From contig NC_043003.1 in assembly GCF_006345805.1 (NCBI RefSeq), positions 92,566,001-92,630,000 on the forward strand: a stretch of DNA of 64,000 nt, written 5' to 3'. The notes under the pieces are model-generated. The model was not told the DNA's origin and did no database searches. It saw only the letters and a program-made list of their open reading frames with translations. Origin of the DNA: Octopus sinensis (Eukaryota). Shown piece by piece: positions 12,609-26,510 of this stretch (positions are counted from its first letter, which is position 1; the number at the start of each line of letters is the position of its first letter). A program made the position numbers and the translations under genes.

Positions 12609-13154
12609 TCAACTACCATTTATAAAGGAATGGTCTGTTTTCTCTTTGGTTGAAAACTCTTTGCAATATTCTTCAAAAAATATATTCTGGTGCTTGAATT
12701 CCAGCATCATATTGTTAAGAGGGGCAAGACCTATGCAAGCTCTGAAGACGTTTTCAATACAGGCTCTCTGACGGAATAAAGAATTAACAAGTGGTGTATT
12801 CTTGGGTACTAGTGGTGCTTTGCACAAATAGCTCAGAATAGAAAGGATTGAATTGAAACTTTGGAAGTTTGGTTCATCAGCCACTCGGAATTGAATACGC
12901 TCGCAAAGTTCTGAAATAATAACCAGATCAAGGATAAGAGGGGTAGCCAATAGAGAATCTTCGCAGGTGTTGTGTATAACTAAAGTATTGAGACCACCCA
13001 TCATAATTTCTGAGGTGTACTCATCCATTGCTCGTTTACTGTCTCCCACATAAGGTACATATTTGATCACAACTGTATGATCAGGAGAGTCCTGGCCCTT
13101 GTACAAAATTGGATTAGATTTCACCATATCATCAACCACATTACTTTTAGATAC
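12609..13154 (-). CDS. ISYNA1: Inositol-3-phosphate synthase, terminal coding exon ([11 protein letters not shown]...[12 protein letters not shown]...[10 protein letters not shown]...NGS*)
   Basis: Acceptor ttgcag|GTATCT; TGA stop at 12611-12609; 546 nt. Contains the [16 protein letters not shown] and [10 protein letters not shown] motifs. The five exons sum to 1605 nt = 534 aa, a typical MIPS length. Confidence 0.96.
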   Translation of the reverse strand, partial: VSKSNVVDDMVKSNPILYKGQDSPDHTVVIKYVPYVGDSKRAMDEYTSEIMMGGLNTLVIHNTCEDSLLATPLILDLVIISELCERIQFRVADEPNFQSFNSILSILSYLCKAPLVPKNTPLVNSLFRQRACIENVFRACIGLAPLNNMMLEFKHQNIFFEEYCKEFSTKEKTDHSFINGS

Positions 13155-13953
13155 CTGCAATAAGAGAAAATAAATTTTTATGTGTTAATAACAGTCAAGG
13201 TGAATATTATTTACATTATATTCAACCACAAAAATAATATAAAAAAAGAGAGATAAAAGAAATTCTAACATTATCAAATCTAGTTTAGAGAGGAGTTATA
13301 CAAATGAGAAATTTGTTTTATTTAATGTTATTTTTAAGGTAATAAATAATTTTCTTTTGAAAGTTAGCATTCATTGCATCTTTTTGTCTAAGCATCAAGA
13401 AATTAAGTTACATTATAATTTCGTATTTCCTGATATTACCTATGGTGGCAAATAGCTGAAATGTCTGACCAGTAGGTCCTCTTAAAGCTGACCTGTAAAT
13501 GAACAACAAGGTAACCTTAAACTAGTTTTCTTTGAACAAACCTTTTAGCAGATTTACTTTACATATCACTAGATAGCTTTACTTGGAATTGAACCAACAA
13601 ATATCTCTTTAAACTCACTGCAATCAGAAATAAACTCTTAGGTTTGGGGATAGATTTAAACTTAAGTTTAAAGAAGCTATAAGCTCTGGCTATTAAAAAG
13701 ATTTTAGAGTCACTGGGGAAAAATAATACAGAATCCTTGTCTGGTACCAGATTGATCCCAAAATCTAATGAGACTGTGCCAATCACAAGAGCAAACATCC
13801 CTGAAAATTTCATCTGAATCCATCCAGCGGTTCTTGAGATATCTTGTTCATGGACATACAAACAAACATGACTGAAAACAATATCTTCGCCTTTGCTAAG
13901 ACAGAGGTAATAATAAAGTACAAAATAAAAAAAATAAACCATAGATTTTTTAC

Positions 13954-14196
13954 CTCTTTTGATCGGAATGTTTTTTGAACAGAGAGATTTTTGCCATCAT
14001 TATTCCCAAGATGGTTGTAACTGACCACAGATACAGGTTTGATGCCGGCACTAACAAGAAAATCTACCAATACAGATTTTAACTTTGTCTGACCAGATTT
14101 GAAGTCATCACCAGCAATAAAGATTTTCTTTTTCTCGGCAAGATCAATGACTCCAGGAACAAATGTGTTCTGTGGGGATCCATTAATATAAGTGCA
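13954..14196 (-). CDS. ISYNA1: Inositol-3-phosphate synthase, coding exon 4 ([15 protein letters not shown]...[10 protein letters not shown]...[10 protein letters not shown]...FRSKE)
   Basis: Acceptor caaatag|TGC and donor GAG|GTAAAA; 243 nt, phase 0/0. Contains the MIPS core motifs [16 protein letters not shown] and [10 protein letters not shown]. Confidence 0.96.
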
Positions 14197-15109
14197 CTAT
14201 TTGAAAGAAAACAAAAGAAAGAAGTTATATTCACTGTTGCAAGTTTAATTACATTCTTTTCTAACCTCATCAATGGTTACAGACAACAATACCAGTTTTT
14301 ACAGACTTTTCTAATCTCAAATTTACCATTTAATTTTTTTTTTTATTAAGATTTAAAAATCAAAATTCTATCAAAATATATCACACAAGTGAATGAATTT
14401 TAGTTATAATTCACAGTCATGCATGAAACACCCTGCAGAGCAAAGGAAACCCACTGCAGTAACCACAATACATAGTGAGTTGTAATTAAGTAGGCAAGTA
14501 ATAAAAAAAATAGGCAGAATTCTGTTTTAAGTACCCCATATAAACCTTTTCAGAAAACTTTTGTGAATAGGTGTACACATGAGAATTCATGCAATTATGA
14601 AAAAACCCCATCAAAAAATTTTTGTGATTTAATGACTATTTAGCTATTGTTTTTAGCACATCTTACAACCACCTGATGCCCTCCTCATTTGTTTGTTACT
14701 CTGACGTAATAATATTTTTCAATATCTTTCTCCCCATAGACACATGTAATGGTCTATTGCTGGCATTTGACCCCAAAATTTGGACTATCTGTATTTCTGT
14801 GATTCAAAAAAAAAAAGTATTTGAAAAATTAAAAAAAAAACAATTTTTTTCATAGTCATATGAATTCCCATGAGTAGAAGACAAATTTGGAAGAATTTTC
14901 TGAAAATTAAAGCAAAATTCTATCAAATGATATTTGATTCTTTTAACTTTTGTTTTTCTCACATGTTCAGTTACTTCTGACTTTTTAAGGGGGTCAATAA
15001 AAATCTTCAGCCAGCAGTAATGCTAAGAATGTGCATGTGCAGATGCTTCTGCACGTGCAGCAAAATGCCTGCTTGCATTTTGTATATCAATGTTATTGGA
15101 CCAAATATG

Positions 15110-16010
15110 AAATGTACCAGGCATGGCTGTATGGTTAAAAAGCTCACTTCCCAAACAGGTGATTTGGAATTCAGTTCTATTGGATGGTACCTTAGACAGG
15201 TGTTTTCTGCTGTAGCTTGGAAGCCATGTGAGCTGATTTGGAAACTGAAAGAATACTGTTTTAAAAATTCAAATGGAAATTGTAGTTAAGACACCCGTGC
15301 CGGTGACACGTAAAAAGCACCGTCCGAATGTGGCAGATGCCAGCGCTGCCTGACTGGCGTCCGTGTTGGTGACACGTAAAAGCACCAACCGATCGTGGCC
15401 GCTTGCCAGCCTGCTCTGGCACGTAAAAAACACCCACTACACTCACAGAGTGGTTGGCATTAGGAAGGGCATCCAGCTGTAGAAACACTGCCAAATCAGA
15501 CTGAAACCTGGTGCAGCCTCCATGGCTTACCAGACCCCAGTCGAATCGTCCAACCCTTGCTAGCATGGAAAACGGACATTAAATGATGATGATGATGATG
15601 ATGATATATATATCATCATCATCATCATTTAATGTCCGTTTTCCATGCTAGCAAGGGTTGGACGATTCGACTGGGCCACGATCGGTTGGTGCTTTTACGT
15701 GTCACCAACACGGACGCCAGTCAGGCAGTGCTGGCATCTGCCACATTCGGACGGTGCTTTTTACATATGCACAGTCATGGCTGTGTTATTAGAAACTTGC
15801 TTCCCAACCACATGGTTCTGGGTTCAATCCCATTGCATGGTGCCTTGGGGAAGTGTCTTCTACTATAGCCTCCAAGTGGATTTAGTAGACAGAAACTGAA
15901 AGAAGCCTGTCATACATACATGTATGACACACAAACACACATGTATGTATGTATGTATCTATGTGTGTGTCTTTGTGTCTGTTTGTCCCCACCATCACCA
16001 CTTGACAACC
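15110..16010. mobile_element. Nested SINE cluster with a foldback inversion centred at ~15608
   Basis: Degenerate family-A head, a SINE tail ending in (GAT)n at 15583-15605, an inverted copy at 15611-15764, then another family-A head at ~15775. Confidence 0.75.
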
Positions 16011-16564
16011 AATACATAATATTTATGTTTGTGATTACATACAATCACACACATGAATCAAAGTTGTGATGGGCAGTGCTGTAGTGGTTGTCAACTCTTC
16101 TGTCAACACCTTCACACTTTTGAAGCCATGTAGAATAAGAAAACCCTTACTTGAAAAGCAAGTAAAGATTAGTGACAGGAAGGGCAATCTGATTATGAAA
16201 TAATGTCTCAATAAATAACATATTCACCTAACCCATGCTAGCATGAAAAACAAGATATGAAAATTGCACAAGAAGTAAATTGTCACAAAACTTATAAACT
16301 CTGAAGGTGAAAAAAATCAGTGTAATGAGATAACCAATAAAAGAGATTTAGTTCTAAAGTACAGACATAATTATGAATAGTGGACACTTTAGTGTGGAAT
16401 GTGACATGGTCCAACAAGCTGCAGGACTGCATCAAGCTACAATGTCAGCTTTGATATGGTTTCTACAGTTGGATGCCTTTCCTAATGCTAATCACTTTAC
16501 AGTGTGTATGGGGTGCAGTTTTCATGCCCCTAGCACTAGTGAAGACACCAAGTAATTTTTATAA

Positions 16565-16853
16565 AATGCACCATCCGATTGTGGCCGTCATCTGGCCTCC
16601 GTGCCGGTGGTACGTAAAAAGCACCATCCGATCGTGGCCATTTGCCAGCCTCGTCTGGCACCTGTGCAGGTGGCACGTAAAAAGCACCCACTACACTCAC
16701 GGAGTGGTTGGCGTTAGGAAGGGCATCCAGCCGTAGAAACACTGCCAGATCAGACTGGACCTGGTGCAGCCTTCTGGCTTCCCAGACCCCAGTTGAACCG
16801 TCCAACCCATGCTAGCATGGAAAGCGGACGTTAAACGATGATGATGATGATGA
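16565..16853 (+). mobile_element. SINE tail ending in (GAT)n
   Basis: GGTTGGCGTTAGGAAGGGCATCCAGCCGTAGAAA...GGACGTTAAACGATGATGATG; homologous to 15300-15605. Confidence 0.75.
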
Positions 16854-17024
16854 AAACTCCTCTTGCCTGAGTGGGTGGGTGTATTTAAGAGAGTGGGGAG
16901 GTGGCTTTATGCCAGATGTTGAGAAGGTAAGGTATGACAGGACAAGCACGGGTGTCTTGTAGAGGAGAAATGTAGTTATCAATTTTAACGAGAGTAACAA
17001 AAGGAAAAAAAAAAAGAAACTTAC

Positions 17025-17428
17025 TCCTTCCAAAATACTGGCAACAGCAAACAATGTGGATGGTGACACTTCACTTTCATTGTTACGGATGCTCTTTATT
17101 AGGGTATCTGCAGTGTCATTTAGTCCAAGACGAACATCACAAAACCTTTCAGTGTTAGCTGTCCAGAGAACAATGACCTTATCAATAGTATTATTTTCTT
17201 TAAAGGAACGAATATCTTTCCGTAGTTGTTCCAACATTTCCTGCTTTGTACCAGATAATACATTATTGGCCCGTGCTTCTTGGTTAGCTGCTATGAAGTC
17301 AGGCATGTAAACGGAAGGTCTCGGACGAATTCCTTCAAGATGCGGTCTCACTTGTACCTGTAAATTGTAATCTAGAACTTGAGCTCTCTCCATTGCATCA
17401 GCTACGTTGGCAGATGAGATATCCCAAC
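17025..17428 (-). CDS. ISYNA1: Inositol-3-phosphate synthase, coding exon 3 (GWDISSANVADAMERAQVLDY...VIVLWTANTERF...FAVASILEG)
   Basis: Acceptor tcaag|GTTGG completes the split Gly codon from exon 2; donor GGA|GTAAGT; 404 nt. Contains the conserved GWDIS and LWTANTERF motifs. Confidence 0.96.
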
Positions 17429-20400
17429 CTTGATAAGATAAAGAAATAATTTTTGACTTCTTTTGAAACAGTAAATTTTAATATTGCATAAATATAACTG
17501 TTTTTTTTTATTTGAATCAGTGCTAACAAGAACCATCCATATAGAGTTTAATTTACAAATGAAATCAAAAATATAATAGTTCTGGTTATTTTTCTAATTA
17601 TTTTTCAAACTAAAGCAACATCTTCAGAATGGAAAAAAATTTAATATATTAGTATAGTGTTAAACAAAATCTTTCCTCAGTTAATACAAAAACGTAATTT
17701 ACAATAAATTTTGTTTGAGAAAAAGCATTGTAATAAAAGTTAAGATTTCATAATCACCCACAAAACATCCTATTTTCCACCCATGTGCAATTTACACACT
17801 GACAGTACCATCCCTTTCTTCCACACAACTTACCCATTTATACAAACAAAAGTAACCAAGGAAAAAAAAAAGGTGGTGAAATCAATCATATTCAGAGTTT
17901 ACTCCCAGAAACATTTTTATAATTCCTTATCCCCTGCACTTCATGAAGAAATTTTAGTAAAACTCCAAATAGGTAGCAGACTTTTTCAAAGTTTCCTATT
18001 AACAAATATGCATGTAAACATATTGAGTAAAAACGATGAGAATATGTGAAACAAAGGCAGGGAAGAAAGTACTCACATCATTACCATTTCCTAAAAACAG
18101 TTTCATTCTGCCCAAGGTTGCAATGCAAATCAAGGTGAACAGTTTAATGCTAGATCAAACTGCTTGGTATTCCATCCACAGCAACTATTGAATCCACATG
18201 GAAGATGTGTTTACAAATTCATGTATTGACGAGATAAAATGAAACTAATGAATTACCCACCCACCCACCCACCCACCCACCTAACCTCCATGCAGAAGCA
18301 TGCTTATTATACATGCAAAATTAATAATAATTTAGGGTACCAAAAATGAATTTACCTCCCACACACTGCAGAATTACTTTTTTCATTATTTTCAAACCAT
18401 TACGTCCAAGTTTACCACAAACCAGAAATAACCTAGAATTTTTTTAGGCACAAATGCTTATTTTTACAATTACAAGTTTAAAAATCCCCCATCTAGCCAC
18501 AATTCATTTTTAAAATGTTGCCAATGAGCTAGCTCAATGAATATCTTGTAAACCCTAATGAGATAAGCTTAAATTTAATCCATTACCAAAAACCCTTTTT
18601 ATTTATTGGAATTTTGTACACAAAATTCAAATTGCCTGTTACACAGAGGAAATTTTTTTTTCATTTATTGCATAGTTTAGTCTAATCATTCCCAGTATCT
18701 TGTCCAGAATAAAGGTACATGAAAATAGAAAATAAAACAAGCTAAAAAAAACATTCTCAAATCATCACACTAACAACTTTCCCACTAAGTACAAATACAG
18801 CATCCTCAAACTGTCACAGTTGTCCCACAAATCATCAATTTAGTGCATCAGTTTGACAGCTTTACAAGTAATGTACAAAATTGAGGTAAATTTTTATCAA
18901 TTAAAAAATATATATACACCTGATTTTAATTTATAAAAAAAAAATTCTCATATATAGTATTTCAAATTTATCATAAAATGATATCTGATTTTGAATTCAT
19001 GCACCCAGGCAATCTATTTAAAATTATGGAATCTTAAAAAGACAAGCAAGAAAAGAATGCTGTTGATAGGAGAAGCACGAGGAGGTATGTTGTGAGGTGG
19101 TGAGATCAGGACTATATTGAAATATTACCCTGAAAAATAGGAATTTTTAAACATGTATACTAAGCAAAGAAAATATAAGTTTCCTGGAGGAAGAAGGTAA
19201 ACCACGGTTTAAATGAAGACAAGATATAGTACATTTAGTCAAAGATATATTTAAGGCTGTATTTAATAAATAAAAACTGTTGGCCTCATTTTAAACAGCA
19301 GTTTTGCATGTATTAACAGCATTGCATTTGAAAGGATTCAAAAACAGAAACACCTGTAGAATGTTGTCGTTAATTCTATGTTGTTTTGTATTTCATTTTG
19401 TTGAAAGTTTTGAAATTAAGGGAGCCATGCTGCTAATATGTAACTCAGATTATAAGAAAAATACAGATTATATTGAATGGAAGACTATACTACTTCAGTA
19501 AGAGGAGTGTATATTTTGTTTGTGATACCACAGACGGAAAAGGTTTGCCTATATAAACAATACGAGACATCCAACCAAACTGAGTAATGTGTTTTGTTCA
19601 TGGACTATAAAATATTGCTTTAGCAAGATATAAACTCATATAATATCATTTATAGTTCAGCTTATAAACTCAAGTGAGTAAACATCTGAAATGATACTAC
19701 ACACCAAGTTGATAGCTTTCCAAGTAAAGTCCAATTTTTTGGATATTTTTCCAACAAATAAATTGCAAGTATTTGTTTTATTAGTAGAAATCAGCATTAC
19801 ACTAGAACTTTTCTACACCTGAGAAAATAACCCTGAATTATTCAGTAAATATTAAAATATTGCATTACAGAAATCAAATCATCTACCAATATTTATCGCA
19901 TTTGATATCACAGCATTTTCTGTAATTCAGAGTAAGCTTGATCATAACTGAATTTAATTATCAGCAAAAGATTTTAAAAGAAAAATACACAATCCACAGG
20001 CTTATGGGGAAAACTATAAACTCTTGCCTATTTAGTTATCCATAAGATTATGTGTTTCTTTATCTGTTTTCAGTCATTATCCTTGTTAGCTGTTCTGCCC
20101 TAAAGCAAGAGCTAATGACTCTGTTTTAAAAATATTCCATTCAATTAAGCATACACACATACACACAAACATAAAGCTTCACTGCTAACAGGAGTAAAAT
20201 ACTAGTTGGTCAAATTTCTCACAAATCGTATATAAGTACACATCACATAGGAAGCCAACAGAGGTCATAGTCACCACAAATGTACTTTCCATACAACATA
20301 TGAAACCATTTCATACTAGAAGTGATTACTTTCAATTTCTATCCAAAATATGTTTTGTAATTATAGATCTAAATTCACACAAATAAAACTAATCGTGTAT

Positions 20401-22900
20401 GTTAACTCTTCCACTGCAATATATCTGATAAGAATTTATCTTAGATTTTGGGCACCTTACCCATCATAGCTATGTAGCAGGCAACAATAGTACTCATATG
20501 CTAACATTTAGTGTAAAATGACATATGGTGCGAGGGGCAGAAAAATTCTGATGGTTAGGATAATGTTATGAAATCAACTTTATAGTGAGTGTGGCGTGGT
20601 ATAGTAAAGTTGTTAAAAAGAAGGTATGAAGCAAGGGAGGTAATTTGAAGACATCGCAAGCTGGAAAGAATCTTGAATGAAAAAACAGCCTGGCTACAGA
20701 CGTTGTTTCATAGCCAAAATGAAAACCTACTTCTCGGCTTGAATTCAATAAGTAGGGGGAAAAAAAAACAAGATTCTTTAACTTTGTTAATAAGTAGGCA
20801 CATTTGGAGATCAAGTCATTCAATAAAATGGTCTTTAAAAAAGCATTAAAAACAAGATAATCATCAAGATAATCATCAATAAAGCAGGTTAAATTAATTG
20901 CATTTAACACTTACCTTCATTTAAGTTAAGAGTTTAAGAAAACTCCAATAATATAAGTTGCACTGAAGTAAAAATTAAAAAGAAAAGCTAGCAAGTAGGG
21001 AAGATTTGAATGAATACAGGACAATAGCTATAGTTATGGCCTTAGAGTTTTGATTGCTGGAGTTAGATAAGGCCCAAGTCCCATAATTTTTCAAATACTT
21101 CACCAACACAGTGCAGCTGCAAAATGATTTATTCTACGCCATAAGTCCAGAACATTTATGATGCAATGCAAATGCATCTATTAAATTGTATATTTTGAGT
21201 AGACCACTTGAAATACATAAGATACACATTGGTTTTCTGATATTGAAACACATTCCAAAAAAATAGATTATTTACTTTTGGAAAAGTATCCTTAATTTGA
21301 AGTGTTGCTACTCTGTCTAGTGTTACAAATGGACTGGTTTTCAAATAGGTGAACAATATTTAACTCACACAGATCATGAAATGCCAAGGTAAACTAGGTG
21401 AATAGATTACTGTATAAAAAGGAAACTTGTGTTTTAGTGAAGAATTGATTAAAAACAAGGTTTTCATGGGAAAATTGACAAAAGTTTTAATTCGACCAAT
21501 AGAAAATAAATAATTTTATTTCTGGTCTGAAATATTAAAGAAAATATAGGATAACTGTTTCATAAGTTCTGTATCCGTACTTATTCAACATGTTAGAAAC
21601 AGCAACCAAATCACCCTCAAATTATATACTCTATTGTCTTAAAAAAGACATATTGTACAGAGCTGTCCAAAGTACGTTATGCCCAAAAAATAGTAGAGGT
21701 GGCCATAGCTGGAAAGTTTTGATCTATAAGTCAATCAAATTGACTTCAGCATAAACAATACTTTGTCAACAACTTACATAACCAATATGTATAGCAGAAA
21801 AGGTTACTGATAAAATAGAAATCAGTTTTTATTCAGAATTAATGTTCTATTTCATTAAATATAATTGCTGAAAACCCTTCAAGATTGAATATGATTATCA
21901 GAAGAGTTAATTATTATTAATATCATTATTCTGTAATACACAAACAGTCTTTACTAGAATTGAAGATCAAATATACTACAGAATATTTTCAGAATTTATC
22001 TATTGAATGAGTAACAGATTTCCTAACTATCAAACATGACTGCATTTGTATGTTTGTGAGTGTGTCCATGTGCATCTGAATGTGTGTGAGTATTCTTGTT
22101 CATAGAGTTTAAAATCACAGCATTTTAACTATTTGAACAGTGAAATAAAAATAGCTAGACTTGAAATAAGACATAAGAAACTGCAAAATATAAACTCACG
22201 TCAGTAGGTGACTGACATACAGCTTGATCTTGTGTAGCAATTCTGTTCTTGTTGATTCCCTGGGAATCAAACATTCAAAATAGCAAAAGAATTTTTTTTT
22301 TTTTTTGCACACGGCATGCAACAAGTAAATTGCTACAAGGGCAGAGCAGATGGTTTTACAGCTTAGCTGCATTCTTTGTGGACAAGATACAGCATTGAGC
22401 AAGGAATGAACCAACACTTCAGAAACAAAGAAACTTTATTTGTAAGAACAACCATACAATCTGCTGTTTTCTCTGGAAGTGTGCCATAAAACATTTACTA
22501 CACATAAAATTGTGTCCTAATCCATCATTTGAATTACTCAAAATGAAATGTCTTACCAGCATTTTCTGATGGCTTAGCTTTTTATACTTACAGAAGAATT
22601 TGTATGGTTTCTGTATTTTACATATTCATAAATATTTCCCAAATATGTAAACTTTTGAACTTAACTAATCACACATTTTACACTTAATATTTACAGATAT
22701 TCATTTAGTCTTTTACTGATTCTAGTCAGAGGACTTTGGCTATACTAGGACTTGGACTTCAAGGGTACAGTCAATACCAACCCTAGATATATTTTACTGA
22801 CCCCAAAAATATGAAGAGTTGTAAGAAAGGGAAAATCTATCAGTGCTATATTTGAATTCAGAAATAACAAAGGTGCAAATCTCTACTAATTCTGCCTTCA

Positions 22901-22970
<70 letters not shown>

Positions 22971-25900
22971 GAGTCAGAAATATTAATTTACTTCTCTTTC
23001 AACTGTTTTAAACAAGCTGCTTCCAAAACGTAAAGACATTCCACACACAAAACACTTTATATTTTAAAATATTAGTAATAGAATTATCCAGAAAAAACAG
23101 AAAATATCAATTAGTGACACTTAAAATTATTTTTTTTTAATTATAAAAAAAGTAGCTACAAGAACAAGCTGCAATTTTCTAGATATTCCCTAATTACCAA
23201 TTTAATTACTAAGATTTGAAACTGACGATACCTAAATTGGTTGTATTCATTGAATCAGAAAACCAGAAAGAGACCCAAGCAATCACTAATTAAATTAACA
23301 TATCACCTGAACACATCACTACCTGAAGTATCAGCATTATAATTTGCATGACACTCAAACTAATTCTAAAACTGTTTTGTTTTAATAGTATAAGTGGAAA
23401 GATTGCACATACACCTTTATAAATTCTTAGAATTCTTCAGTTTGCAGGACAAATTAACACAATGGCTTATCAAGGCCCACAACTCTCAATTCCCACAACT
23501 ATAGCAAAGATATCTTCATTATCTCCCTGTATGCTTCAAGTGATTGTTAACTAACTTAGTTGTGTTTGTGTTTAGGTGTTCACATGAATTTTGGCTAATT
23601 AGTGAGGTGAACAGAAAACCAGTGTAGGTTCCAAATCCAAGTCAAGTTAGGAAATATGCAATCTTAATTTACCAAAAACCCATTTTACAGTAAAACAAAC
23701 AATTCTTTTTATGAAGTTCCCTGTGACAGATCACTGAAAATAGTTTTTAAAAGTTGCTGGTCCATGATTGAACAAGTTACAGCCAAGTAGAAATTGTCTC
23801 AATCATTCAATGCACCAAATTAATGGCGTAACCCTTACACTCAATATTAAACTAGTTTCATTGACTTATTAAATCTGGCTAATGACTGCTATAGGATAAT
23901 ATTCCCACTAATGATTTTCAAAATAAGTTCAGTATCCATAGAATAATCTTTTCCAATAAGAATAGATGATTACTAGAGGGTCTCTGTTAATGATTTCAGC
24001 AGTGAAACTGGCTTATGTTGCTTATTCTTCTACCCATAAAACACTAGCTATTTGACCTTTCACAAATATTGTCAATAGTCATTATGTGCCTCAGTATAAA
24101 ATGCCCTATTCCATTTAATCTGAAGTCAAAGGAAAATCTGTGACATTAATTCCTCCATGAAAAATTAGCAAGGAGTTCTTCATCTTCAGTGCTGAACAGC
24201 AAGTTATCTAAATTTTTAACTGATGAATAATAATGCTAAAATGATCGTATCAATATAGGAATAAAGGATAATTGAACAAGATGCACCACTAGCTATTTTC
24301 ATTCCAATTGGAACATTGTTTAATTTATAGTAGATATTTAAAACATTAATCAAGATGTACATTGTTGATATTAAGCATGAAGGCACATTGAGCATGTCTT
24401 TGTATAAAAAGTCATTGATGCCATAGATAGAACCTGAGCAATAATATTTAGTAAAGTGAAGTGGCTTTCCATATTTAGGTCACTTTAAATTGAATGCTAG
24501 ACACTTTTTCCTGTGTCTTTAACCACAATTATGACAGTTTAATTCTCTCTTGCTCAGAGTTTTCCATCAACTTCATTCTATTTACAAAATGATGCTTGTG
24601 AATTTATTCTTAAAGAGTCATTTATTGATTTGTTGCCATGTTGCTTGGGTTCCAGTAATTTCAATTCATCAGCTGTTTCAGCATGTCAGCTCACAACATC
24701 TTTCCTTTTAACTGAAGGTATATGACATCTTCAATGATTACAAGGAAAAAACATGTCTGGAATTTCATGACAGCCACAATACTACGTGCTGAAAAAACTA
24801 TAGGTTTCTTTACTTTTACATCAAGATTATTTTGATTTCAAATTACCAAAATTTTGCCATTGTTTCTGTTTGGTTACCGAAATTGAAAAATTTTCCTGAC
24901 ATCTTTATCATTAAGTGGGGTTTGTCTTATAGCAAATTTGGGTCTTCTTACTCAACGCCTACAAAACTCTCCATGGGTTACAGAAACAAAGACAGACTTA
25001 TAGGCATATCAAGGACAATAACTTGCAATGACTGCACAATAAAAAACGCAACACAAAGACAACGATAGTAATAACTGAAGCTATATCAAAAATTAATATG
25101 AGTTATCATTGTAAGACATATGCAGTTAAATGTACAGGAAAAAAATCCAACCTTTTGAGCATATTTCTCATTATGCACAAAAAGTATATTTTCATGAATA
25201 TACTTTTGTCCAGATATACTATGTCCGCATAAGATGAAGTATTATTTGATATGAAACCAACAATAATAAAGCTTTTGGTTTTGTGAAAAATGTTACTAAC
25301 ATCTTATATGGATTTCGCTTTGAGAGTATTTATTGGTAATTAGTCAAAATTTGTTATAACAGTAAGCCTTTCAAAGACCATCAGCTAACAAGATGGCGTG
25401 CTCCCTCTCCTACAGCTCAGTTTTATCTCTTTCCTCTAAAAGCAATTCTGAGATAGTAGAAATACTCGGTTTTTTCCATGGTCTAGTCATTCTCCAGTTG
25501 ACACCTGTTGATGATGGACTGCAGGAGTCACACGAAAGCTGTTACAACGCCAGTAGTTGGTTTTCGTTTTTAATCTCTTGGTATTTTTTTTTTTTAGTTT
25601 TAAAGTAGCAATATTGAATTAAAAATTATATATTTCATCAACAGGTTTTATTTTTAAATAATTTGTATGGAGTTTCTATGACCAATACTTTGAAATGATT
25701 TGATTTAAGATTTATTTACTATTTTCACATCAAAATGAGACATTTAATAATATTTAACAAGTTACAAACCCTACAAAAATACTAAAGCAAAAGATAAACT
25801 TGTAAATTTGAACTACATTTTAAAATAACATAAAATGCATTTAATGACATCTAGACGTTGACCATAAAACATATACGTTGCTACTTTCTCGTTGAGTCGT

Positions 25901-26309
25901 AAAAGGGAGATCATTCATCATGTCTTTAATCTTCAAAAATTTTAGCCACCACTGAAGACAACTAATTTTATGGCACTTTCTATATTACACATGACAATAA
26001 ATGATCTTGTGAAAGGGCAATGCTATCTTGGGCACACAATCACTAACTATTAATTTCACTATGAAAACGAATTAACCAAATGATCCCTGAATTGTTTCTT
26101 TTCATATAGATATGTAGCTATTGTTTTTTAACTTGCCTGAACAATTAAAAATTATACTCCTTGTTCAATATATCAGACTGTTTGAAACATTATTTTCATT
26201 TTCACACCAGGAGTTCGACTAGTACCTTTAGATTTTTAAAAAATCCATAATACATTCTTTTTTTTTCAAAAGATTGAGCTAAATTTCCCTAATTCCCAAA
26301 TTTTATTTC

Positions 26310-26510
26310 TTTATTGCCCACAGGGGGCTAAACATAGAGGGGACAAACAAGGACAGACAAAGGGATTAAGTCGGTTACATCAACCCCAGTGCATAACTAG
26401 TATTTATTTAATCGATCCCAAAAGGATGAAAAACAAAGTTGACCTTGGCGGAATTTGAACTCAGAACGTAACGGTAGATGAAATACTCCCAAGCACTTCG
26501 CCCGGCGTGT
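26310..26510 (-). mobile_element. SINE family B copy
   Basis: Diverged reverse complement of 51918-52151. Confidence 0.75.

Noticed and set aside
13559-13953. ORF 13559-13942 and the extensions of the exon ORFs
   Set aside because: These are intronic read-through beyond the GT donors and show no MIPS similarity.
18077-18090. 14-nt microexon (tttttag|GAAATGGTAATGAT|gtgagt)
   Set aside because: It shifts the frame, is too short to distinguish from chance, and the MIPS protein is complete without it.
25389-25608. AAGATGGCG (YY1-like) motif with a 71-aa ORF, as a nested gene start
   Set aside because: The peptide is unrecognisable, no supported downstream exons were found, and a single motif is insufficient.
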